Shown: one piece after another, positions 29,437-37,551 of the stretch
How the letters are laid out: the number at the start of each line of letters is the position of its first letter
Numbering within the stretch: position 1 is the stretch's first letter
Assembly (NCBI GenBank): GCA_963747445.1
Contig: CAVVFI010000007.1
Coordinates: 56,935 to 120,934 of the forward strand
Length of the DNA stretch: 64,000 bases
From: an uncultured Gammaproteobacteria bacterium
Lineage (GTDB): Bacteria > Pseudomonadota > Gammaproteobacteria > Xanthomonadales > Xanthomonadaceae
Reading direction: 5' to 3'
Program-made: the position numbers and the translations under genes
The notes under the pieces: generated by a model
The model's input: the letters and a program-made list of their open reading frames with translations, nothing else
What the model was told of the DNA's origin: nothing
The model's database searches: none

Positions 29437-29571
29437 GCTTCGTGCTTCGTGCTTCGTGCTTCGTGCTTCGTGCTTTGCGCTTTGTGCTTTGGGCTTTGGA
29501 CTTTGGCTTTGGACTTTTGGCTTTTGGCTTTTGCCTTTTTGCTTTTGGCTTTTGGCTTTTGGCTTTTGGCT
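29437..29571. repeat. Heptamer array drifting from (GCTTCGT)5 to (CTTTTGG)n
   Basis: About 19 units read directly. Confidence 0.92.
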
Positions 29572-29909
29572 CTACGTGCCAACCCAACCACCGACATCAT
29601 CCGGAAACCCGGCGGGCGGCGGGCATGGATGCGGCCGTTTTCGGATCGAGCCAAGGGTGAGTCGGTGCGGCTTGCGAGCCATTGGCTTGCGCACCGGCGA
29701 ACGCACGCGCCGCTGGCGCGGGCCGGTCTTTGGCGGCGTTGCCGTCAAAGGCGAGTCCGGAAATCGCGATACAGCTGCCGATCGTGGAGGCGCCGTGTCG
29801 GGGAAAGGCGTTTTCTTTGGTTCGTTTCTTTTGCGCCTTTCCAAAAGAAATGTGCCCGGCCGCGGAGCGGTCGGAAGCATTTGATCTTGCGGACAAAGGG
29901 CAACGTCCT

Positions 29910-29999
29910 TGGATTCCCGCTTTCGCGGGAATGACGGGGCGGGGTGGAACGCCGCTCGCCCTGATAGTCACTGGATTCCCGCCAGCGTGGGCATGACGG
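29910..29999. repeat. Two same-orientation CGTC-type REPs
   Basis: tggattcccgctttcgcgggaatgacgg (29910-29937) and ctggattcccgccagcgtgggcatgacgg (29971-29999). Confidence 0.8.
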
Positions 30000-30131
30000 T
30001 TCGGGTTGGATCGCCTGGCCGGAAAGCCGCTGCATTCCAGAAGCACGCGCCCTCATGGGGAGGACGCATCCGCGAAGGGCTGCCGACCGCGGCTGCGGCC
30101 CGCCCGGCCGCAACTCCAACGGATCGAACCC

Positions 30132-32306
30132 CTACTCCGCCAACTCCTTCCACAGGAACCGATAAGTCAGCGCCCACAGATGCGCCGCCTGCTCGTTGGT
30201 GGCGCCCACCCCGTGACCGCCCTCGGTGTTCTCGTAATAGCGCACGTCCTTGCCGGCCGCCAGCATCTGCGCCGCCATCTTGCGGGCATGTCCCGGATGC
30301 ACGCGGTCGTCGCGGGTCGTGGTCCAGATGAAGGTCGGTGGATAGTCCTTGCTCGCGTCGAACAGCTGGTACGGCGAGAAGGTCTTGATGTAGTCCCAGT
30401 CGGCGGTATCCGGATCGCCGTATTCCGCCATCCACGACGCGCCGGCCAGCAGGTGGCTGTAGCGCTTCATGTCCAGCAGCGGCACCTGGATCACCAGCGC
30501 GCCGAACAGGTCCGGGTACTGGGTCAGCATGTTGCCAACCAGCAGCCCGCCATTGCTGCCGCCCATGGCGCCCAGGTGCTGCGGCGAAGTGATGCCATGG
30601 TCGACCAGATCCCGCGCCACCGCGGCGAAATCCTCGTAGGCCTTGTGCCGGCTGGCCTTGAGCGCGGCCTTGTGCCAGCGCGGGCCGTATTCGCCGCCAC
30701 CACGGATGTTGGCAACGGCGTAGACGCCGCCCTTCTCCAGCCAGCCCTTGCCGACGATGCCCGAGTACCCGGGGGTTAGCGACACTTCGAAACCGCCGTA
30801 GCCGTACAGCAGCGTCGGCGCCTTGCCGTCATGGGCCAGGCCCTTGGGGTGGACGATGAAGTACGGCACGCGGGTGCCGTCCTTGCTGGTGGCGAAGCGT
30901 TGTTCGACGACATCCTTCGAGGCATCGAAGAACGCCGGCATGGTCTTGAGCACTTCCGGCGCCTTGCCCGCTTCGGCCAGCGCCAGCGTGCTCGGCGTCA
31001 GGTAGCCGGTGGCGGTCAACCAGACCGCGTCGCTGTCCTGGGCATCGACCGCGCTGACACCCAGCGTGCCGATATCGGGCGCACCGACGAAGTCCGCCTT
31101 GGCCCAGCCATCGGCGCCAGGCGTCAGCACGCTGAGCCTGTTCTTGACGTCATCGAGCACGTTCAGGATCAAACGCGACCGGGTCCATGTGGCGTTTTCC
31201 AGGGACGTGTGTTCGTCCGGCATGAACAACACGTCGAAGTCGCGCTTGCCGGCCATGAAGTCGTCGAAGCGCGTCGCGATCAACGCGCCGGCGGGCCAGG
31301 TCTTGCCGCCGGCCTCGTAAGGCTCGCGCAGCTGCAATGTCAGCCAATCGCGATGCACGCCCTTGTCGGCCGAGTTGGGGGCATCGACCTGGACCAGGCG
31401 GCCATCCTTGCCACGCAGGAACAGCTCGTCGTTCCAGAACGCGATGGTGCGGCTGACGAAGTCGCGCTCGTACCCGGGCGTGTCGTCGTGGAAGGCCGCG
31501 ATGTACATGTCCTTGGGCTGGCCTTCGTACACGGTCGTCGCGTCGGCCAGTGGAGTGCCGCGCGTCCATTCCTTGACGATGCGCGGGTAGCCCGACGGGG
31601 TCATCGAGCCATCGCCGAAATCGGTGAACACGAACACGTGGTCGCGATCGATCCAGCCCAACCCGCCCTTGGCCTCCGGACGCACGAAACCGTCGCGCAC
31701 CCACTGCCTGGTGGACAGGTCGAACTCGCGGGTCACGTCGGCATCGCTGCCGCCGCGCGACAATGCGATCAGGCAGCGGCTGTAATCCGGACGCAGGCAG
31801 TCGGCGCCATGCCAGACCCACTTCTCGCCCTCGTCCTTGGCCAGCGCATCCAGGTCGATGATGGTGTCCCACTTCGGATCGGCCTTGCGGTATTCCTCCA
31901 GCGTCGTGCGCCGCCACAGGCCGCGCTCGTGCCGGGCGTCCTTCCAGAAGTTGTAGTAGTAATCGCCGATCCTGGTGACGTCGGGGATCTTGGCATCCGA
32001 ATCGAGGATCGCGCGCATATCGCGCTGCAATGCCTTGAACGCGTCACCTGAGGCCAGCTCGGCGTCGGTGCGTGCATTCTGCTGCGTCACCCAGGCCATC
32101 GACTTGTCGCCGGTGACGTCTTCCAGCCACTGGTAGGGATCGGCGGGGGTCGATGCGGGCATGGCGTCCTCGGTCTGTTGGGCGTTGCCGCCGGCATGGT
32201 CGCCTGGCATGGCGGCGGCAGTTGCGGCTCCGGCCGTGGCCATCCATGCCAGCCCGATGGCCAGGCCGCGCCACGCAGTCGGGCACCTTGATCCAGTCTG
32301 GTTCAT
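30132..32306 (-). CDS. Prolyl oligopeptidase-family serine peptidase (S9), secreted
   Basis: Signal-like N-terminus; DPYQWLED, GGSNGGLL, DDRVHP and EGGHG motifs. Confidence 0.95.
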   Translation of the reverse strand: MNQTGSRCPTAWRGLAIGLAWMATAGAATAAAMPGDHAGGNAQQTEDAMPASTPADPYQWLEDVTGDKSMAWVTQQNARTDAELASGDAFKALQRDMRAILDSDAKIPDVTRIGDYYYNFWKDARHERGLWRRTTLEEYRKADPKWDTIIDLDALAKDEGEKWVWHGADCLRPDYSRCLIALSRGGSDADVTREFDLSTRQWVRDGFVRPEAKGGLGWIDRDHVFVFTDFGDGSMTPSGYPRIVKEWTRGTPLADATTVYEGQPKDMYIAAFHDDTPGYERDFVSRTIAFWNDELFLRGKDGRLVQVDAPNSADKGVHRDWLTLQLREPYEAGGKTWPAGALIATRFDDFMAGKRDFDVLFMPDEHTSLENATWTRSRLILNVLDDVKNRLSVLTPGADGWAKADFVGAPDIGTLGVSAVDAQDSDAVWLTATGYLTPSTLALAEAGKAPEVLKTMPAFFDASKDVVEQRFATSKDGTRVPYFIVHPKGLAHDGKAPTLLYGYGGFEVSLTPGYSGIVGKGWLEKGGVYAVANIRGGGEYGPRWHKAALKASRHKAYEDFAAVARDLVDHGITSPQHLGAMGGSNGGLLVGNMLTQYPDLFGALVIQVPLLDMKRYSHLLAGASWMAEYGDPDTADWDYIKTFSPYQLFDASKDYPPTFIWTTTRDDRVHPGHARKMAAQMLAAGKDVRYYENTEGGHGVGATNEQAAHLWALTYRFLWKELAE

Positions 32307-32431
32307 GACGATGCCTCCCCGCGGCGTTGTGGTCGAACCTGCAAGCCGAAAACACTAGCACAAGGCCGTCACTGTCCAACCCGGCATGCGCGCGCCGCAT
32401 GCAATCGGCCGCGGCGCCCGCGGACCAGGCA

Positions 32432-32821
32432 TTACGCAACGTGCACCACGTTGCCTTTGCGCAGGCGCGCTGCGCCGGTCCAGCGTCGCGCCTGCGGCTT
32501 GCCTGCACGTCGTCGCGATGCGCCAGCCTGCCGGGTTGCGATGTCGCGATCGTCCGATGCCTGCCGCATGGGAAGGCGGAACCGGTGCAGCGCCCACCAG
32601 CTGGCCAGCGGCATCCCGACCAGCCACAACGGCAATGCACCCAAGAGGTCACTACTGCCACGGGCCGCAGGCAGTGCGACCACAAGCACCGCACCGAGCC
32701 AGACCGTCCGGCGCAAGAGCAGGTCGAGGAAAGGATTGGTGGCGACGCGGCAAGCGCCGTTGCGGCCGTGGAAGCATCCGCTACCGGCACGTCCATCGCG
32801 AAAACTGTGCTGCAGGCGCAT
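32432..32821 (-). CDS. Hypothetical small membrane protein
   Basis: Two hydrophobic segments (VWLGAVLVVALP; LPLWLVGMPLASWWAL); start uncertain. Confidence 0.55.
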   Translation of the reverse strand: MRLQHSFRDGRAGSGCFHGRNGACRVATNPFLDLLLRRTVWLGAVLVVALPAARGSSDLLGALPLWLVGMPLASWWALHRFRLPMRQASDDRDIATRQAGASRRRAGKPQARRWTGAARLRKGNVVHVA

Positions 32822-32963
32822 GGCAAGGTCCTCGTTGATCGGGAGGACAGCCTCGTATGCCGCCATCTCACCGACTGCGACATGGCCCGGCGCAGCACTC
32901 ATGCGTCCTTGACGCGCCCATCGCCCGTATCTGCGAAGCTATCGCCAGACACACGGAGCCTCC

Positions 32964-33545
32964 ATGTCCCGACCCTTCCCCGGCTTGCGCCCCCTGCTGC
33001 CCATCGCCGCCCTGTTCATGTTGGCAGGCTGTGCCACGCCACCGATGCCCGCGGCGGTCAAGGACACCCCGATCGACCTCAACCGCTACATGGGCGACTG
33101 GTACGTCATCGCCAACATCCCTTACTTCGCCGAGCGCGGCAACGTCGCCAGCGTGGACAGTTACACGCTGCGCGAGGACGGCAGGATCGACGTGCATTTC
33201 GCCTATCGCACGGGATTTTCCCAGCCCGTGAAGACGATTGACTCCGTGGCCAAGGTCGAGCCCGGCACCGACAACCGCCTGTGGTCCCAGCGCTTCTTCA
33301 AGGTGGTACCGGCCAAGTACCGGATCCTGGAAGTGGCGCCGGATTACTCATGGGCGCTGGTCGACTACCCGGGACGCGAGATGGCCTGGATCCTCGCGCG
33401 TTCGCCGGCCATGGACGACGCGCAGTACCAGCAGTTGCTGGAGAAACTTCGCGGCTTCGACGTCAACAGCGACAAGTTGTGGCGCGTGCCGCAGACGGCA
33501 GACCAGGTCGGCAAGCTCGGTTTCGACCATCCCGACGATCCCTGA
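32964..33545 (+). CDS. Lipocalin-family lipoprotein (Blc-like)
   Basis: LAGC lipobox; YMGDWYVIA, YSWALV and WILAR lipocalin motifs. Confidence 0.93.
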   Translation: MSRPFPGLRPLLPIAALFMLAGCATPPMPAAVKDTPIDLNRYMGDWYVIANIPYFAERGNVASVDSYTLREDGRIDVHFAYRTGFSQPVKTIDSVAKVEPGTDNRLWSQRFFKVVPAKYRILEVAPDYSWALVDYPGREMAWILARSPAMDDAQYQQLLEKLRGFDVNSDKLWRVPQTADQVGKLGFDHPDDP

Positions 33546-33583
33546 GGCGCCTAGATCGGCGGGTGCCCACGGGTGGGCCGGGC

Positions 33584-34481
33584 TCAGTAGCCGGCGGCAT
33601 CCAATGCCTTCTCGGCTTCCTGGCGGCCGATATCGACCAATTCCCCGGCTCGCCAGAATTCATAGAACTGGCAGGCATCACGCGGTATCCGGATCACCAG
33701 CTCCGGCGGGTCCAGCGCCAGTTCCACCCGGGAAATCTGCGCCTGCATGGTGTCCAGCGAGCGCGACATGGTCTCGACCATGCCAAGGTGGTCCCGGGCC
33801 AGGCCCGGCGCGTCGCCGTCGATGCCCAGTTTGCCTTGCACCCAGTCGCCCAGGCGGCTGCGCAAGGACGTCTGTCCAGGATCGACCGCGGCATCGGCCG
33901 GCTTCCCGGCCGGGCGCCTGGGATACCCGTGCATGTCGACCGCGATCAGGCGCTGTGCATCGGACAGGCGGGTGGCGGCGATGGGCAGCGGCGCCAGCAA
34001 ACCGCCATCGACCAGTTCGCGGCCGTGCACCTGGTGCGGCGTGAACAGCCCCGGGATCGCAAACGAGGCGCGCAGCGCATCCCACAAGGGTCCATCGCGC
34101 AGCCAGACCAGGCGCTGGCGCTGCAGGTCGACCGCGACCGCGGTGAACTGGACCGGCAGCGTCTGGATCTCCGGGTCCCCGACCACCTCGCGCATGGCTT
34201 CGACCAGCCGCCTGCCGCCGAACAGACCCGGACTGGCCGAAGACGGGGTCCAGCAGCCGCAGGAAATGGCTGCGTCTCATGCGCAACAGGTGCTCACGGA
34301 ACTGCGGCAGCTTGCCGGCTGCGTAGATGCCTCCCACCAGCGCTCCACTGGACGCGCCCGCGACGGTGATGACCTCGATCCCGCGCGCCTCAAGCGCCTC
34401 GATCACGCCGATCTGCGCGAACCCGCGCGCGCCGCCCGCGCCCAGCGCCAGGGCGACTTTCTCGTTGCGCCGGCTTTGCAT
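33584..34481 (-). pseudogene. Patatin-like phospholipase (RssA-like), frameshifted near 34227-34229
   Basis: LALGAGGARG and GASSG in one frame, DGG motif in another; removing one base from TCCGGGTCTG restores ...GQSGLFGGRRLVEAMREVV. Confidence 0.85.
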
Positions 34482-34519
34482 CGGCCCGTCCGCCAGCCCG
34501 TGCGGCTGTCCGCTGCTGC

Positions 34520-35488
34520 TCACTTGTCGTAATTGCTCAACGCCAGGGACAACAACGTGCGCACCTGCTCGCGCAGCACGGGCGGCTCGACGATCTCGGC
34601 ATCGCTGCCGTAATGCAAGACGTCCATCAGCAGCTCGCGCGAGGAGCTGTAGGGCACCTTCAGTTCGTAGCGACCGTCGGGCAGGAAGCGGCCCTTCTGT
34701 TGCGAATGCCAACGCTCGTCGGCCACCCAACGCGCGGATTTGGCGCTGAACAGGATCGTCGCCCAATGCTTCGGGGCACCGGAAAAGATGCCATAGCTGC
34801 CGGCCAGGTGGGCATCGAGATCGGTCTCCTCGACATCGCGCGCGCCGGCATCGAGTACCTTTGCCGCGCTGATGCGGTCGACCGAAAAACTGCGCAACGC
34901 CTCGCGGTCGTTGTCCCAGGCATCCAGGTACCAGTTGTCGCGGTAATGGGTGATGCGTTGCGGCGACACCGTGCGGCGGGTTTTTTCGTCGGTCGAGCGC
35001 GCCCGGTATTCGAAACCCAGTTGCCTGCGCTCGAGCACCGACGAGCAGACGCTGCGGAAGGCGTGCTCGTCCATGTGCCGCAGCCGGTGCGGGATGACGC
35101 GCACGCGCTCGACCGGCCAGCGCTTGCCGGCCGCGTGCTCGTCGAGCAGTTTTTCGATCCGCCCCTGCAGTGGTGCCAGCGCGCTGGACAGCATGCTGCC
35201 GCCGCTGCGCGAGAGCAGTTGTTGCGCGGTCAACAGTGCATGCAGCTCTTCCGAGCTCATCCACAAGCCCGGCAGCTCGAAGCGCCCGACCTCCTGGGGG
35301 TCGTAACGGAACCCGGCCTCGCCGTCGCCGACCACCGGCGCCATCAACCCATCGCGCAGGAACGCCAGGTCGCGATACACGGTGGCGCGCGAGCACCCCA
35401 GCTCCTCCTGCAGTCGCGGCACGGTCACCGGATAGCGGGCGGCCTTGAGAGTGCGGTGCAGTGCGGTGATGCGTTCGTAACGGTCCAT
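34520..35488 (-). CDS. WYL-domain (YafY/PafB-like) HTH transcriptional regulator
   Basis: N-terminal wHTH (SRATVYRDL), RTVSPQRI...NWYLDAW...FSVDRI WYL domain and WCX-like C-terminus. Confidence 0.93.
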   Translation of the reverse strand: MDRYERITALHRTLKAARYPVTVPRLQEELGCSRATVYRDLAFLRDGLMAPVVGDGEAGFRYDPQEVGRFELPGLWMSSEELHALLTAQQLLSRSGGSMLSSALAPLQGRIEKLLDEHAAGKRWPVERVRVIPHRLRHMDEHAFRSVCSSVLERRQLGFEYRARSTDEKTRRTVSPQRITHYRDNWYLDAWDNDREALRSFSVDRISAAKVLDAGARDVEETDLDAHLAGSYGIFSGAPKHWATILFSAKSARWVADERWHSQQKGRFLPDGRYELKVPYSSSRELLMDVLHYGSDAEIVEPPVLREQVRTLLSLALSNYDK

Positions 35489-36125
35489 GCACCAAAGTGT
35501 GCCGGATTGGAGAAGCCAGGGCGAGCGCCTTCCCGGGGAGGTCATGGCAGCCGCCCCGCGCACCCGGCAGGCTTGGCCGGGTCACTGGATCGCCTGGAAG
35601 GACGGACGCTGCGCCAGGAAGGCTGGCCTTGCCCCCCCGGCCGGCAGGCCCTGCCCAGGGCCGCCTTGGAGCACCGCTGTTTTCCTTTCCGCCACGCCAT
35701 CCCCGCACGAGCGGACCCGAACACGACCCGACCAGCTCGACGCGAAGGAGCAGATCGATGCGTGGCCGGAGCGGACATGGTGGTTGCGTGCGCAGTGTCA
35801 TGGCTGCATCGGCCGTGATCCGGTGGCGGCACCAGGTGGCGCTGCACGCACCGCAGCGACTTGCGGACCAGGCGCCTAGCTGCGTTGCTGGGTGCCCGCG
35901 CCGGGCCGCCTTGCCGTCGCCGGGCCGGGGATCACGATCACTGGAAAGTCGCTGCGGGCAATCCCGGCGATACCGGCCACGCCACGCACCGCGCGATGCC
36001 ATGCTCCAACGGGTTTACGCATGGCCGGCAGGCGCCCGGACAATGCCGAGTGCGCACCAGGACGTGTCCGCTTTGACGGCAATGACGCGTTACCCACGGC
36101 AACCCATTCGAAGGCAAGAGCCACC

Positions 36126-36758
36126 ATGACGATTTCCGCGCACGCCAGCATTGTCCGATCAAGCGCCCCGGGTAACGCGGGCCGCGGCTTCCTGTTTGCC
36201 GCAACCCTGCTTGTCGCCATCGTGCTCCTCGCAAGCGGACTGGCCCATGCGGGCGCACGCGAGGATATCGAGGCGTCGATGCAGAAATTCGTCGCCGCCA
36301 AAAGCTGGCACGCCACGATGCGGATCGATGGCAAGCGACCGATGACCAATGAGCTCGACTTCACCGCACCGGACCGTTACCGGATACAGATGGCCGGCAT
36401 GGGCACCCAGTACATCATCGGCGACAGCATGACCATCAGCATGCAGGGCCACACCATGAAGGTGCCCATGCCCAAGGGCACGCTGAGCAGGTACCGCGAC
36501 CCGGTGCAACTGCATGAAAACGCCAAGTCGATCACCGCTGAAGCCCTGGGCAAGGACACCATCGACGGCAAGCAGGCCCGCAAATACAGCATCCATAACC
36601 GGGAGCAGCCCGATGCGGACATGCTCATGTGGATCGGCGGCGACGATTACCCCGTCCAGATCAAGGTGGCCAACAAGGGCAAGGGGGCGGCGGCCGGCAC
36701 CGTGACTTTCCGTTACTCACGCTTCAACGATCCGACGATCCGCGTGCAGGCTCCATGA
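36126..36758 (+). CDS. Hypothetical exported protein (possible LolA-like fold)
   Basis: Signal peptide ending AHA; FTAPDRYRI and MWIGGDDYPVQ patterns reminiscent of LolA/LppX-like proteins. Confidence 0.7.
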   Translation: MTISAHASIVRSSAPGNAGRGFLFAATLLVAIVLLASGLAHAGAREDIEASMQKFVAAKSWHATMRIDGKRPMTNELDFTAPDRYRIQMAGMGTQYIIGDSMTISMQGHTMKVPMPKGTLSRYRDPVQLHENAKSITAEALGKDTIDGKQARKYSIHNREQPDADMLMWIGGDDYPVQIKVANKGKGAAAGTVTFRYSRFNDPTIRVQAP

Positions 36759-36900
36759 CCGGCGCGACCATCGCGCACGCTCCCCGCGTACACGCGTCAG
36801 CCGACACGGCATCACCACCACGCAGGAATTTAATGCCTGCGTAACCGGGAAATAACCCTGCGCCGCACAGAATCCGCGCCTGGTCACGGATGGGACGGGC

Positions 36901-37507
36901 ATGCAGACAAGGATGTGGCGCGAACGGGGTCTCGCCTGGAGCGTGGTGCTGGCGTGGCATCTGTCGGCGGGTTGGTGGCTGTTGCATGCCTTGCCCGTGG
37001 TGCCGCGCGAGATCGGTGGCGGCGCCTTGCGCGTCGTGTATGTACCGATACCGCTGCCTTCTCCACCGCCGCCACCCTTGCAGTCCCATAGCGCGCCTGT
37101 TGCCAAGCACCGGGGCGGCGCGAGTCGCGCGCAGGCAGCGCAGACGTCCACGGCCGGCTTGGTCGTCGCGAGGGAGACGGCGCTGCTCATCGGCACCATC
37201 GCTGGTCGACCAGGCGCGCGGCCTGGTGCGGCGACATGCCGACGCAGCGACGACCTTCGCCAGAGATCCATTGGCCGACCGTCCCGCACGGCTACCGGCG
37301 GCGGACACGGGCCGTTTCCGGATGCGGGCCGCGATCACCCCCGCCAGCGCGATTGCCTGGGTCGGCAAGCACCTGACGGCACCGGCCGGCTACGAGCAGG
37401 ATCCCTGCCCGCGCAACCAGCGCAATATCGCCGGGCTGCTGGCGCAAGGAGACTCGGCGCGCCTGCAGATCGAACTCGACTTCGAACGACGCCACTGCCG
37501 ACCCTGA
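36901..37507 (+). pseudogene. Hypothetical membrane-anchored protein, apparently frameshifted near 37140-37195
   Basis: N-terminal TM plus Pro-rich linker in one frame; protein-like C-terminus (SLVDQARG...DPCPRNQ...ERRHCRP) in the next frame. Confidence 0.55.
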
Positions 37508-37551
37508 GGCCCCCGCGTGCGGGCCACCGCGCGCCACGGCACAATGCGCGC

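Noticed and set aside
29177-29587. 137-aa N-terminal extension on oligopeptidase B and the KPKAKS-repeat ORFs
   Set aside because: These are translations of the heptamer array and REPs, which happen to lack stops.
33678-36002. 774-aa ORF on the minus strand
   Set aside because: A composite of an off-frame reading of the WYL gene, the true patatin N-terminus and off-frame sequence after the frameshift.
35489-36125. Small ORFs between the WYL gene and the exported protein, including an AAGGAG-ATG at 35758
   Set aside because: Translations are R/P/A/G-rich with no recognisable motif; no call can be supported.
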